Counted from the stretch's first letter, positions 51,701-62,464 are shown. The stretch: 64,000 bases of DNA from Polyangiales bacterium (GCA_044229975.1 JBGARZ010000011.1:64001-128000); one strand, 5' to 3'. The notes: generated from the letters alone by a model not told the origin. Numbers and translations: made by a program.

Positions 51701-52384
51701 ATGGGCGACGAGACGCGGGCGCACCCCGCACATTTCGATTGGACGCGACCGGCGCGAGCCACCGCCAACGACCCGCTGCGGGTGTTGTTCAGCGCGTGCC
51801 TGCTGGGTCACGCGACGGGCTGGGAGGGCGACGCGTACACCGCGCCGCTGGCCGTGCGCCTCGCGGGTCTGCCCACGGTGCGAGCGATCCACTTCTGCCC
51901 AGAAAACGCCACGCTCGGAACGCCCCGCCCCCTCACCACCCTCTACGACGGCCACGGTCGCGACGTGCTCGCGGGGCGCGGTCGCGTGCTGGAGACGACG
52001 GGCCGCGACGTCACGCGCGAGCTCGTTCGCGGGGCCGAGCTGATGCTGGAGGTGGCGCGGCGCGCGGGCGCCGAGCTCGCGGTGATGCTCGACGTGAGCG
52101 ACTCGTGCGGCAGCCACGTCGTGTACCTCGGCGCCCCCGACGAGCGGCGCTATCAGCGGGGCCCCGGGGTCGCGGCCGCGCTGTTGATGGACGCCGGGGT
52201 GCCGGTGCTCGCGCAGCGCGACGGGGCGACGATGCAGCGGCTCCTCGCGGCGCTCGACCCGAGCATCGTGCCGGACGCAGCGGCCGAAGACGTCGCGGAC
52301 AACGCGTGGTTTCGCGACTACTTCGCCGATGGTCCGGTGGGGGTTCCGCTCGCCGAGTACGAGCGCGCGAAGCGGGAGCGCTAG
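51701..52384 (+). CDS. DUF523 (2-thiouracil desulfurase-like) protein
   Basis: SACLLG, FCPE...LGTPR, GRDVT, SDSCG, GPGVAAALL. Confidence 0.85.
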   Translation: MGDETRAHPAHFDWTRPARATANDPLRVLFSACLLGHATGWEGDAYTAPLAVRLAGLPTVRAIHFCPENATLGTPRPLTTLYDGHGRDVLAGRGRVLETTGRDVTRELVRGAELMLEVARRAGAELAVMLDVSDSCGSHVVYLGAPDERRYQRGPGVAAALLMDAGVPVLAQRDGATMQRLLAALDPSIVPDAAAEDVADNAWFRDYFADGPVGVPLAEYERAKRER

Positions 52385-52394
52385 GGGGGCACCG

Positions 52395-53387
52395 ATGGAG
52401 TACACGCTGCTTGGCAACACGGGCGTGCGGGTCTCGCGACTCGCGCTGGGCACCATGACCTTCGGGGGGCAGGCCGACGCCGCGGCGTCGCGCGCGCTCT
52501 TCGACCGGGCCCGCGCGGCGGGTGTCAACCACTTCGACACGGCCGACGTCTACAACGCGGGCACGAGCGAGACGCTGCTCGGGGCGATGGTGCGCGAGTG
52601 CCGCGACGAGGTCGTGCTCGCGAGCAAGAGCTACTTCCCCACCGGCGGCGATCGCAACGCGCGCGGCACGTCGCGCTATCACCTCGTACGCGCTTGCGAG
52701 GCGAGCCTGCGGCGGCTCGGCACCGACCGCATCGACCTCTACTACCTGCATCGCTTCGACGACGAGGCCGACCTCGAAGACACGCTCCGTGGTGTCGAGC
52801 TGCTGGTGCAGTCGGGGAAGATCCTCTATCCCGCGGTGAGCAACTTCGCGGCGTGGCAGACCATGAAGGCGCTCGGGGTGCAGCGGCAGCGGGGCTGGGC
52901 GCCCGTCGCGGCGATGCAGCCGATGTACAACCTCGCCAAGCGGCAGGCGGAGGTGGAGCTGCTACCGCTCGCACGGAGCGAAGGGCTCGCGGTGTTTCCG
53001 TACAGCCCCCTCGGCGGCGGATTGCTGAGCGGCAAGTACGGCGCGCACGACCGCCCCGCCGACGGGCGCATCGCGACGTGGGCGATGTACCAGGCGCGCT
53101 ACGGCGCGGAGGATCACTTCACCCTGGCCGAGCGCTTCCGCGCGCTGGCGGTGGAGCACGGGTGGCACCCGGCGGCGCTCGCGGTGGCGTGGGTGATGAG
53201 CCACCCGGGTGTGACGGCGCCCATCCTCGGCGCGACGCGGGTCGAACAGTTGGAGCCCGTGCTCGCGGCGGGCGAACGAGCGCTGCCCGAAGCGCTGCGC
53301 GCGGCGGTGGGCGCGCTGTGGCCGGAGCCTCCGCCCGCGACAGATCGCAACGAAGAGGGGAAGGTCCCGGGGCCGGGAGCGAGGTAG
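52395..53387 (+). CDS. Aldo/keto reductase
   Basis: LGNTGVRVSRLALGTMTFG, FDTADVY, SLRRLGTDRIDLYYLH, YSPLGGGLLSGKY. Confidence 0.96.
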   Translation: MEYTLLGNTGVRVSRLALGTMTFGGQADAAASRALFDRARAAGVNHFDTADVYNAGTSETLLGAMVRECRDEVVLASKSYFPTGGDRNARGTSRYHLVRACEASLRRLGTDRIDLYYLHRFDDEADLEDTLRGVELLVQSGKILYPAVSNFAAWQTMKALGVQRQRGWAPVAAMQPMYNLAKRQAEVELLPLARSEGLAVFPYSPLGGGLLSGKYGAHDRPADGRIATWAMYQARYGAEDHFTLAERFRALAVEHGWHPAALAVAWVMSHPGVTAPILGATRVEQLEPVLAAGERALPEALRAAVGALWPEPPPATDRNEEGKVPGPGAR

Positions 53388-53459
53388 CGACGTGCGGGCG
53401 ACGTCGGCGACGTCTCGGTGCTCGCCGCACTCCACGAGCTGACACCGTTGCGGCTCCCT

Positions 53460-55274
53460 CTACAGCGGCGAGGGCAGCGCGTGGCGGCCCCGCCACTGGT
53501 TGGCGAAGTTGACCACGCGACCGGTCGCGTCGAGATCGTAGACCGCGTCGGTGTCGGGGCCGCCGATGACGGGGGTCACCCCCAGCGCGCGACCGGCGTC
53601 GAGGCCGGCGGGCAGGTCGATGAGCTCCGACCACGACCGACCCGGCAGGCCCCACAGGGCGCTCCATCGCGCGGTCTCCTCGGGCAGGTCGATGAACCCG
53701 AGGACCCTCACCGGGTCGCCCGCCGAGGGGCGGAGCGCGAGGTAGAGGAGTTCCTTCCAGAGCGGGTACTGGAGGGCGCAGCTTCGTTCGAGGAGCAGCA
53801 GCTGCATCGACGCGAAGCGCGTCGGCGCGAAGGGCCACGGGTCGCCCACGCGCGGGGGCGTGGCGGCCGCGCGGCTCACCAGGTTGACGCTGGCTTCGCC
53901 GAGCGGGACGCCGAAGCCGTCGTTCATGGACGCGCTGAGCGGGAAGCGCGCGACCGCCCCCGCGGCGATGGTCGTGCCCGATCCGATGTACGGCGAGCGC
54001 CCCACGTTGCGGGCCGGGACCATCACGGGCGCGTCGGAGCTCACGAGGTACCCGCGCGCCGTGTCGAGCGTCGTCGCCCCACCGTCCGGGTCGATCTCGA
54101 ACTCCGTGAGGGTTCGCCAATCGAGCACGAGGGCCCGCCCGCCGCGCAGCGCCACGTCGAGGACGCCGTACTCGGCCGGGACGAAGCCGAAGGGGCGACC
54201 CTCGCCCGCCGCCAGGGCGTACGCGAACGCGCCCGTGGTCGAACCGACCAGCAGGGTCGCGTCGTCGAGGTCGACGCTCGTCGCCACCGCGGGCGGGTGC
54301 ACGCGCCACATGATGGCGTCCGAGGCGGGATCGAGCCGCGCCACGCCCGCCGAGCCGAGGGCCGCGTAGAACACCCCACCCCGCCAGCGGCCGCCGATCA
54401 GCGGGCCGTCGACCGCGACGCGACGCAGGAGGGTGGCGCCCTCGAAGAGCGACACCTCGCCGGTCGCGGCGTCCCAGGCGGCCACGCGCGTCGCCCCGTC
54501 GCCGACCGCCGTGCGAAACGAGCCGCGCGCGACGACCCGCCGGCGCGACGCGTCGGGCGCACCGTCCGCCCCGAAGGGGACGACTTCCAGCACGTTGTCG
54601 GCGGTGGCGATCCAGAGCCCGTCGGACTGCCGGGCGATGTCGAAGAGACCCCGGAGGGCGTCGGCCGTCGCCCGGAAGCGGGAGACCATCGCGCGGCGGG
54701 CGAGGTCGACGGACTCGACGACGGTGTCGCCGTGCGCGCCGCAGACGACCTGCGCGCCGTTGAGCGCGCCGACGGTGCAGCGCGGCGAGGCGAAGGTGAA
54801 GAGAACCTCGGCGCTGAAGCCTCGCCCGCTGTCGGTCACGAGCTGCACGTCGTTGCTGTCGAGCACCACGACGTCCGAATCGCGCACGAACAGCCGTGTC
54901 GCGTGGGGCGTACCCACGGCGGTGCTCGCCAGGGCCACGCCGCGGACGCGCCGCAGGCCGCGCCGCCCGCCGGGCATCGAGGGAGGTACGTCCGTCGGCG
55001 GGGTCGGACCGGGCGCGTCGAGGGCGGGCGCGTCGAGGGCGGGCGCGTCGAGGGCGGGCGCGTCGAGGGCGGGCGCGTCGGCGAGGCCTGCATCGATCGC
55101 GGGCGCGTCGACCGGGGCCGCATCTCGCGCGGCGTCGGACGAAGGCTCACGCATCGGCACATCGATCGAGGGGATCAGGACGCCGGGCCGATCACTTCCA
55201 GCAGAGTTGCAGGCCGCGAGGAGGGCCCACGCCGCCAGGGAGGGCGCGCGGTTCAGCGGTAGCGTACGTGGCAT
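53460..55274 (-). CDS. Hypothetical lipoprotein, probable beta-propeller
   Basis: LAAC lipobox; DAPA linker; propeller-like strands (YAALGSAGVARLD). Confidence 0.65.
   Translation of the reverse strand: MPRTLPLNRAPSLAAWALLAACNSAGSDRPGVLIPSIDVPMREPSSDAARDAAPVDAPAIDAGLADAPALDAPALDAPALDAPALDAPGPTPPTDVPPSMPGGRRGLRRVRGVALASTAVGTPHATRLFVRDSDVVVLDSNDVQLVTDSGRGFSAEVLFTFASPRCTVGALNGAQVVCGAHGDTVVESVDLARRAMVSRFRATADALRGLFDIARQSDGLWIATADNVLEVVPFGADGAPDASRRRVVARGSFRTAVGDGATRVAAWDAATGEVSLFEGATLLRRVAVDGPLIGGRWRGGVFYAALGSAGVARLDPASDAIMWRVHPPAVATSVDLDDATLLVGSTTGAFAYALAAGEGRPFGFVPAEYGVLDVALRGGRALVLDWRTLTEFEIDPDGGATTLDTARGYLVSSDAPVMVPARNVGRSPYIGSGTTIAAGAVARFPLSASMNDGFGVPLGEASVNLVSRAAATPPRVGDPWPFAPTRFASMQLLLLERSCALQYPLWKELLYLALRPSAGDPVRVLGFIDLPEETARWSALWGLPGRSWSELIDLPAGLDAGRALGVTPVIGGPDTDAVYDLDATGRVVNFANQWRGRHALPSPL
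55011..55080 (-). repeat. 15-bp coding tandem repeat (LDAPA, about 4.7 units)
   Basis: Perfect GGGCGCGTCGAGGGC copies on the plus strand. Confidence 0.95.
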
Positions 55275-55626
55275 TGGGGGGCCTTCACGCATTGACGGAG
55301 GGCCTCGGCGTTGTCCAGACGGCGTCGACTCCGCACGACCCCTGGATCAACCGTCGAGCGCACGGACGTCGCTCGCCTCGCGCGGGAATTGGGTGCGGGA
55401 CGACCTCGATCGCGGGAGACCGCTTCGCCAGGGGAAGACGGCGCTGTGCTTGTCGACTGCGACCATTGGTGTCCTCCGTGGCGAGGTCGAGCCCTTCAAG
55501 GGCGCGTCCGACATCACCGCGATGGTACCTCCGCGATGACCCGAGAAGCGCCATCGACGAAGCCGCCATTGCGCTTCATGGTGGGCGCGCGACCGTCCCC
55601 CTGTACCCGCCGGAGTGAAAGACCCA

Positions 55627-56238
55627 ATGACGACCATCGACCTCTACACCTGGGGAACCCCCAATGGCCTCAAGCCCCTCATCCTGCTGGAAGAGCTCGG
55701 CATCCCGTACACGCTGAAGCCCATCAACCTCGGGAAGGGCGACCAGCACGAGCCGGCGTTCAGGGCGATCAACCCCAACGGGAAGATCCCCGCGATGGTC
55801 GACGGCGAGGCGGGGGTGACCATCTTCGAGTCGGGCGCCGTGCTGCAATACCTCGCCGAGAAGTACGGGCGCTTCCTGCCCGTTACGACGGCCGATCGGC
55901 TCCAGGTGATGAGCTGGCTGTTCTTCCAGGTGGGCGGCGTGGGGCCGATGTTCGGGCAGGCCAACCACTTCATCACGCGCGACGATTCGCCCTACGCGAA
56001 GAAGCGCTACCTCGACGAGGTCGAGCGCCTGTACGCGGTGCTCGACAAGCGGCTGGGGGAGGCTCCGTACCTGGCGGGGAGCGAGTACAGCATCGCCGAC
56101 ATCGCGACGTGGCCGTGGGTGCGAGACCCGAAGCGCCTCGGGCTGTCGCTCGACCAGTGGCCCCACGTAGCGGCGTGGGCCGCGCGCATCGCCGAGCGCC
56201 CGGCGGTGCAGCGAACGCTCGCGATCAAGTTCGGGTGA
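55627..56238 (+). CDS. Glutathione S-transferase (YfcG/Ure2-like)
   Basis: TPNG, INPNGKIP, IFESGAVL, GPMFGQ, YSIADIATWPW. Confidence 0.94.
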   Translation: MTTIDLYTWGTPNGLKPLILLEELGIPYTLKPINLGKGDQHEPAFRAINPNGKIPAMVDGEAGVTIFESGAVLQYLAEKYGRFLPVTTADRLQVMSWLFFQVGGVGPMFGQANHFITRDDSPYAKKRYLDEVERLYAVLDKRLGEAPYLAGSEYSIADIATWPWVRDPKRLGLSLDQWPHVAAWAARIAERPAVQRTLAIKFG

Positions 56239-56312
56239 CGGGCCCTCCGCAGGAGACGCTCACGCCGCGTGCGGGTCGCCCGACGAAGCGACGGTTCACG
56301 GGGTCGTTGGTC

Positions 56313-56699
56313 CTACCAGACGATGTCGACGCCGAACGCGCGCAGCGCCGGGTCGACGCTGACGATGGGCATCGGTTCGAGCCGGGCCTGCGCGGCGAGC
56401 ATGCGGTCGAAGGGGTCGCGGTGATCGCTCGCGAAGGAGCCCGCGAGCTCGGCGTGGGCAGCGCTGATGGAGAGCAGCTCGAACCCGCTGCGCTGGAGAT
56501 GACCCGGGAGGTCATCCATCAGGGCCGCCACGCCCGGGAGCTTTCCGAGCCGGTATTTCGTCGCGATCTCCCAGACCGATGCGGCGCTCACGAAGAGGGC
56601 GTTGGCGCGGCTCTGCATGGCCCTCTTCGCGGGTCGCGAGAGCTGCTTGTCGTCCGCCAGCCACCACAACACCGCGTGGGTGTCGACCAGCAGCCTCAT
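56313..56699 (-). CDS. vapC: VapC-family PIN-domain toxin
   Basis: LLVDTH...SAASVWEI...HRDPFDRMLAAQA...SVD. Confidence 0.93.
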   Translation of the reverse strand: MRLLVDTHAVLWWLADDKQLSRPAKRAMQSRANALFVSAASVWEIATKYRLGKLPGVAALMDDLPGHLQRSGFELLSISAAHAELAGSFASDHRDPFDRMLAAQARLEPMPIVSVDPALRAFGVDIVW

Positions 56700-56923
56700 C
56701 GCTCCCACGCGTCGAGCTCGTCGTCAGGCAGCGGCTCGAAAAACGCCGCGTCGACCGTGACCTTCCCTGCATAGGCCCCGGGCCTGCGCGGCCCCTCGTA
56801 GATCGGAACCAGGCGCACGGCCGGCTTGCCCGCGCGTGCGATGACCACCTCCTCGCCCGCCAGCGCCGCCTCGATGAGACGCGAGAGCTGGGTCTTGGCG
56901 GCACCGACGTTGACGATGCTCAT
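56696..56923 (-). CDS. Phd/YefM-family antitoxin
   Basis: VNVGAAKTQLSRLIE...GEEVVIARAGKPAVRL; ATGA overlap with the toxin. Confidence 0.92.
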   Translation of the reverse strand: MSIVNVGAAKTQLSRLIEAALAGEEVVIARAGKPAVRLVPIYEGPRRPGAYAGKVTVDAAFFEPLPDDELDAWER

Positions 56924-57046
56924 CAGCCTCTCCCGCGCGAGAAAACCACTGCCCGAAGCTGCCCTGGCCAACCTCCTTGGTCAAGGCTCCGATTTGCCTC
57001 CTCGTCGCGCTCGCCGCGTCGAGCTCGCGGTCGTACGGTCATCGCC

Positions 57047-58108
57047 GTGGACCCGACCAACTCCGCTCCGCGCTTCGTCCGCTTCGTCGACCCCGTCGAG
57101 GGGTCGTTCTCCATCGTGCACCCCGAAGGGTGGCGCGCCTCCGGGGGCATCGTCCGCGACGGGTCGGTTCCGCGCCCGTGGTACCGCGTGCAGAGCCCCG
57201 CGGGCAGCGCCGAGCTCCGCGGATCAGACCCGCGCATCCCCTCCTTCGTCGACCCCTCGACGAGCATGATGGGGATGATGGGAATGCCCATGCCGGGCGT
57301 CGCGCTGCGCCCGTACACGCCGCCAGCGTTCTTCGCGGCGGAGTACGCCCGCCACCTTGCGCGCGAGCTCGGCGCGACCAGCTTCCAGCCAACCGGGCAC
57401 CGCGACGTCGAGACCATGCTGCGCGGAGACCCGCGCCCCGAGTCGCGGCCCAGGGTGTACACGATGCTCCAGCAGGGTGCCGAGTTCGCGGGCGTCACCT
57501 TCGACCTCCCCGACGTCGATCGGCGCGGCCTCGTCGACGTGCTCACGCTGCGTATGCCGGGGCCGATGGGGCTGACGTGGGTTCCGTTTGTGACGGCGCT
57601 CGTCGGGCCCGCGCGCGAGTGGGGGCACGTGGAGGCGACGCTGCTCGCCATCTGCCGCTCGTATGTGACCAACCCGGCGTGGCAGCAGATGCAAAACGCC
57701 CAGCACCAGATGGTCATGGACAGCATCGAGACGGGCAATCGCATCCTGCAGATGCAGGCGCAGAGCGGCATGGAGGCCATCGCGGCGCACGCCCAGCGCG
57801 CCAGCATCAGCGCGCAGACCAACCAGCAGGTCGGCGACATGAACATGGACGCGTGGCGCGCGCAGCAGGCGTCGGGCGACGAGGTGCACCGGCGGGCCGT
57901 CAACGGCGTGCGCGAGACGGTGGACGTCTACGACCCGGCGTCGGGCAACGTGTACCGCGGCGCCCCGGCGGGCTTCGCGACGTGGTGGACCGACGGGGCC
58001 GACCGGGTCGTCGGGTCGACGGGCAACGACAACCCCGACCCGACGCGCTTCACGCAGGCGGTCGACCTCGACGACGTACCGCGCGAGGGACGTCCGCGGC
58101 GGGGGTGA
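57047..58108 (+). CDS. Hypothetical protein
   Basis: Natural protein composition (DPVEGSFSIVHPEGW...NPAWQQ...VYDPASG); GTG start inferred. Confidence 0.7.
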   Translation: MDPTNSAPRFVRFVDPVEGSFSIVHPEGWRASGGIVRDGSVPRPWYRVQSPAGSAELRGSDPRIPSFVDPSTSMMGMMGMPMPGVALRPYTPPAFFAAEYARHLARELGATSFQPTGHRDVETMLRGDPRPESRPRVYTMLQQGAEFAGVTFDLPDVDRRGLVDVLTLRMPGPMGLTWVPFVTALVGPAREWGHVEATLLAICRSYVTNPAWQQMQNAQHQMVMDSIETGNRILQMQAQSGMEAIAAHAQRASISAQTNQQVGDMNMDAWRAQQASGDEVHRRAVNGVRETVDVYDPASGNVYRGAPAGFATWWTDGADRVVGSTGNDNPDPTRFTQAVDLDDVPREGRPRRG

Positions 58109-58161
58109 ACGGGGAACCAGCCCTCCGCCATCCGAGCGATGCAAGCGTTGGCGAGCTGGGA

Positions 58162-58522
58162 TTCGGAGTAGGGGTTGGCGTGGGACGGAGCGCCCACTGC
58201 GCGGTTGCGGACGGCCCGCACGCGGGCCTGCAACCGCTGAAGTGGGAGCCTGGAGATGGGCGTCCCGCCTGCGCGGGACTTCCTGTCGGAGCGCCGAGCG
58301 CTCTGCGCTCGACGAGTGGATATAGGAACTCACCGAACGGCTCGGGAGCAGACTCCTTCACCCTCTCGACGGTCGCGCGAGCGACCGGCGCGCATGCAGG
58401 AAGTCCCGCGGCGGCGGGACGCCCAGCTCCAGGCTCCCACTTCAGCGGTTGCAGGCCCGCGTGCGGGCCGTCCGCAACCGCGCAGTGGGCGCTCTCCGTC
58501 CCACGACAACGCCTACTCCGAA
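58162..58522. repeat. Long inverted-repeat (REPIN-like) element
   Basis: Arms of about 125 bp, 58162-58285 and 58397-58522; nested hairpin GCGGTTGC-GGAC-GGCCCGCACGCGGGCC-T-GCAACCGC. Confidence 0.88.
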
Positions 58523-58581
58523 CCTCAGTTGGCGAGTCGCTCGCTTGACACCCACGGTGCGCCCCGACTCGTATCCGACGC

Positions 58582-60483
58582 ATGTCCGATCCTCCGCCTC
58601 GCGTTCCCCTCGCGCTCGTGTGGTCCACCGATCCGCTCCCGGAGGCGCTCGATCGCGAGGCTCTCCTCGACGGGATGCGCAGCGCGCTCGCGCAGACGGA
58701 GCGCTTCGACCTGCTCCCCGATCCGCTGGCCGACGGCGCGACGATGCTCATCGAGCTCTCCCCGGCGCCCTATCCGCCGGACGCGTGGCGCCTCCAGTTG
58801 TCGCTCCGGGACGCGACCGGAACCACCCTGGAGCACTACTCGATGGCCGCCGACGTCGACCTCCTGCCCGGCGTCGCAAGCGACGTCGCCCTCCAGTTCG
58901 CCGAACCGGCGCGCTACACCGAGCTGCGGCGCGCCCGCGGTGACGTCGGCAACCTCGACCACCCTTCGGTACGCGCGTTCGACCCCATCGACGCTTCCAC
59001 CCTCGCGCTCGCGGCCGTGCTCAACGACCCGCCCGCCGGGCTGCGCGCCCGCGCCGAGCAGTTCTTGTCGATCGGCGAGCGAACGGGCGACGCCAACCAC
59101 TTCCTCCACGCCGCCGACCTCCACGAGCTCGACGGGGACTTCGCGGCAGCCCGCGCGGCCCTCGGCCGCCTCGAACAACGCGCCACGCCCGACGCCGTGC
59201 AGGCTGCCACCTGGCGCGCCAACGGACTCGCCGCGCATGAACACCTCGGCCGCGAACTGGTCGCCATGCTGCTCTGGGTGGGTCGAGCGCTCGGCGGGGC
59301 TGCGCGTGGCGGCGGGTTCGCGGCGCCGCTCCCGCCCGACGACATCATCGATGCGGTGTCGGTCGCGCTCAACACGCACGACTGCGATTTCGTGATGCAA
59401 CGCGTCGGCACGAAGGTACATCCGCACGATCTCTTCGGCCGCTACCTGGGCGCGGTCTGTGTGACTGCGGTGGAGCGTGGCCCGGAACAACGTTCCGAGG
59501 CCGAAGAAGACGCCCTCTTCGCGACCCCGTGGATGCGGACCCTCGCGCCGTCTGGCGGCTCGCCCGCCATGGTGACGCCCTTCGCGACGGTGCTGGAGCC
59601 CGCATGGTCCCTGGTGCGCTGGGACCTGTGGCAGCGCCTCGCGTCGACCCGGGTGGAGGACCTCGACGCCCTGGTCGCAGCCCACCCCGACTTTCAGGAG
59701 GCTCAGGCGCGGCGAGCCGTTCTCACCATCGCGCGCGGCGTCGAGGCGGTCGTCGCGGTCGTCGACCCGGCGCTCCCCCGCGTCACGGAACCTCTCCTTC
59801 GCGCGACGCTGCTCTGCGCCCGCGGGGCTGCCCGCACGGACGCGGGTCAACCCGGCGATGGGCTCGTCGACCTCGACGCAGCGCTCGCGCTCGCGCCCCG
59901 ATCGCTCATGGTGCTCCGCTGCCGCGCACTCACCCTGAACGCCCTGCTGCGCATCGACGAGGCGCTGGCGATGATCGAGCGCACCGCGGTGATCAACCCC
60001 GCGAAGCCCGACACGCACGGACTCCGCGGGGGGTTCCTCGTGACGGCGAAACGCCACGCCGAGGCGCTCCCCCACCTCGAATTGGCGCTCCAGCACACGC
60101 CCTCCGACGCCAACGTGTGGGGCAACCACGGGATCTCTCTGCGGGGCCTGAACCGCCTGGACGAAGCCGAAAAATCCCTCCGCCGCGCCATCACGATGGC
60201 CCCCGGGCTGGTGCCGGCGCGCTTCCATCTCGGCATGCTGCTCGCGGACGTCGGCCGCCCCTCGGAGGCCCGCGCCGAGCTCGGTTGGATCGTCGCGAAC
60301 TGCCCGCCCGGATCGAGCATCGCGCGCGACGCGAAGGCGCGGCTCGATGGACTCGGCGCGGGGTCGACAGCGCTCGCCCCGTCGAAGTCGCTGACGTCTG
60401 GTCTCAGTCCGGGGCTCCTCCTCTTCGGGTTGATGGCGCTGCTGGCGGTGATCCGATTCGCGTGCGCCGCGCCCCATGGTTGA
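58582..60483 (+). CDS. TPR-repeat protein with C-terminal membrane anchor
   Basis: Several TPR-like helix pairs (VWGNHGISL...EAEKSLRRAI); hydrophobic C-terminus. Confidence 0.8.
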   Translation: MSDPPPRVPLALVWSTDPLPEALDREALLDGMRSALAQTERFDLLPDPLADGATMLIELSPAPYPPDAWRLQLSLRDATGTTLEHYSMAADVDLLPGVASDVALQFAEPARYTELRRARGDVGNLDHPSVRAFDPIDASTLALAAVLNDPPAGLRARAEQFLSIGERTGDANHFLHAADLHELDGDFAAARAALGRLEQRATPDAVQAATWRANGLAAHEHLGRELVAMLLWVGRALGGAARGGGFAAPLPPDDIIDAVSVALNTHDCDFVMQRVGTKVHPHDLFGRYLGAVCVTAVERGPEQRSEAEEDALFATPWMRTLAPSGGSPAMVTPFATVLEPAWSLVRWDLWQRLASTRVEDLDALVAAHPDFQEAQARRAVLTIARGVEAVVAVVDPALPRVTEPLLRATLLCARGAARTDAGQPGDGLVDLDAALALAPRSLMVLRCRALTLNALLRIDEALAMIERTAVINPAKPDTHGLRGGFLVTAKRHAEALPHLELALQHTPSDANVWGNHGISLRGLNRLDEAEKSLRRAITMAPGLVPARFHLGMLLADVGRPSEARAELGWIVANCPPGSSIARDAKARLDGLGAGSTALAPSKSLTSGLSPGLLLFGLMALLAVIRFACAAPHG

Positions 60484-60524
60484 CCCGTCTCGCTCCCGCC
60501 GCTGACACTCCCGCCTACCCCACC

Positions 60525-62066
60525 GTGAGCCCCATCGGCGAGTACACCCCGACCGACCGCGCGCTCGAACGCGCCCTGCTCTTCAACTTCGTCATCCACG
60601 CCCTCGCCATGCTCTCCATGGCGGCCCTCCTCCTCCCGGTGCTCCCCGGCGGAACCGCCACCTCCGACCTCGCCCGCATCGCCACCATCGCCGAGCACCC
60701 CTGGCGCTTCCGCCTCGGCTGGCTCCCGTGGCAGCTCTGCGCCGTCGCCGACCTCGCGCTCGCCGTCGCCCTCGTCCGCGCCCGCTGGGTGCCGCGCGCC
60801 GCGGCCGTCGCCACGCTCGCGCTCACCGTCGTCGCGGTCATCCCCGACCAGCTCTCGCAGTGCCTGTGGGTCACCCGCGGCGTCGCGCTCGCCCGCGCCG
60901 ACGTCGCGCAGTACCTCGCCTTCGAGCGCTGGGCCTTTCCCCTCACCGCCGGTTGGGGCGCCCTCTTCTACACCCTCGCCGCCCTCGGCTGGACCTGGTG
61001 CTTCGCCCGCGGCGGCGCCTGGTCGCGCGCCCTCACATGGCTGTCGGTTCTGCTGTGGTCGACCATGGCCGTGGCCGTCTCCGCGGCGCTGCTCCCGCCG
61101 TCACTGCGACCGCCGCCCGCCTTCGTCTCCGCGGCCAACGCCGTCGGCTTCACGCTGCTCCAGGTGTGGCTCGGCCTCGTCACCGAGCGTGTGCTCCGTC
61201 GCCACCGACCGACCGAGACCCACGGCCGCCTCGCGCCGTGGCGCCACCCGTCGCGCAACCCCATCGCGCGCGCCGCGGACGCCCTCGCCAACAGCCGCCT
61301 CTTCGGCGCCCTCCTCGAACCTCTCCCCGAAGTCGAGATGCGCAGCGACATCACCGACGTCGTCTACGTGAACTACCTCCTCCCGGTCGATCGCGTGGCG
61401 CACCTCGTTCCGCCCGGTCTCGAGCTCCAGCGCCTCGGCCCCAACGGCGCGTACGCGCTCTTCACCTTCCTCACGTACCAGCACGGTCACTTCGGCTTCG
61501 GCGCGCTCGGGCCGCTGCGTCGACTGCTCCCCTCACCCGTCCAGACCAACTGGCGCATCCACGTCGTCGACCCGCGAACCCAACGCCGCGGCATCTACTT
61601 CGTCACCAACGCCGTCACCAGCACGCCCATCGCGCTCGGCGCGCGGATGCTCACCGAGGCGATGCCCATGCACGTCCTCGCACACGCTGGCGTCACCCGC
61701 GACGCCGACGGCGCCATGCGGGTCTCGCTCGTCCCCGGCGAAGGCAGCGGCCCCGACTGCGAGGCCACGCTGCGCCCCTCGACGACGCCCTCCCTCGAAG
61801 GCGCGTGGCGCGAGTGCTGGGACGACTACCGGGCGTTTCTGGCGTACTGCGTCCCGCAAGATCGGGCCATGTCGAGCCAGCCGCTGCGGCGCCGGGTGTC
61901 GCGGCAGGAGATCGACCTCGGCATTCCCCTCGACGCGTGCGAGCCGATGGTCGGCGCGGTGGTCTCCCGCGCCGCGCGCGCCATCGCGGGTGAGGCCGAG
62001 CCGCTGTGCTTCCGGGTGCCATCGGTGCGCTTCAGCTTCGCGGTCGAGGCCCACGACCCGCGGTAG
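60525..62066 (+). CDS. Membrane protein fused to a DUF2071/acetoacetate decarboxylase-like domain
   Basis: About six TM helices, then VVYVNYLLP...LVPPGLEL...QTNWRIHV...GIYF. Confidence 0.7.
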   Translation: MSPIGEYTPTDRALERALLFNFVIHALAMLSMAALLLPVLPGGTATSDLARIATIAEHPWRFRLGWLPWQLCAVADLALAVALVRARWVPRAAAVATLALTVVAVIPDQLSQCLWVTRGVALARADVAQYLAFERWAFPLTAGWGALFYTLAALGWTWCFARGGAWSRALTWLSVLLWSTMAVAVSAALLPPSLRPPPAFVSAANAVGFTLLQVWLGLVTERVLRRHRPTETHGRLAPWRHPSRNPIARAADALANSRLFGALLEPLPEVEMRSDITDVVYVNYLLPVDRVAHLVPPGLELQRLGPNGAYALFTFLTYQHGHFGFGALGPLRRLLPSPVQTNWRIHVVDPRTQRRGIYFVTNAVTSTPIALGARMLTEAMPMHVLAHAGVTRDADGAMRVSLVPGEGSGPDCEATLRPSTTPSLEGAWRECWDDYRAFLAYCVPQDRAMSSQPLRRRVSRQEIDLGIPLDACEPMVGAVVSRAARAIAGEAEPLCFRVPSVRFSFAVEAHDPR

Positions 62067-62166
62067 CGGACGCTCGCGCAGGCTCGCAGGTGACCACTGC
62101 CGACGCGGGTGGCAGGGTGCCAGATTGGTCACGCACCGCAGTCATCCACAGCGAAGGAGAGTCACC

Positions 62167-62463
62167 ATGATGAGCCTCATCGTCTGGGTCGTTCTCGGCG
62201 TCACCGTGGGCGGGATTGCCAGCCTGCTCTTGAAGACCGACGGGGCCGATCAGAGCCCCGCCGCCAACGTCGGCGCGAGCCTCATCGGCGCCGTCATCGG
62301 CGGCGCCCTCGCCTCCATCGTCGGCTACAACACCGGAGTACGCATCGAGCAGGAGCTGTCGTTCCAGACCGTGCTCTTCTCGGGGGTCGGGGCGATGCTC
62401 GGGCTGTTCGCGGCGAACTTCCTCTGGTACCGCGGCCACCACCCGCACCACGAGGTGCCGTGA
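62167..62463 (+). CDS. GlsB/YeaQ/YmgE-like small membrane protein
   Basis: LIVWVVLGVTVGGIAS...IGAVIGG...SGVGAML; GGAG RBS. Confidence 0.8.
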   Translation: MMSLIVWVVLGVTVGGIASLLLKTDGADQSPAANVGASLIGAVIGGALASIVGYNTGVRIEQELSFQTVLFSGVGAMLGLFAANFLWYRGHHPHHEVP

Positions 62464-62464
62464 C

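Noticed and set aside
55300..55610. Possible small ORF or RNA before the GST gene
   Set aside because: No recognisable motif, structure or RBS-supported ORF
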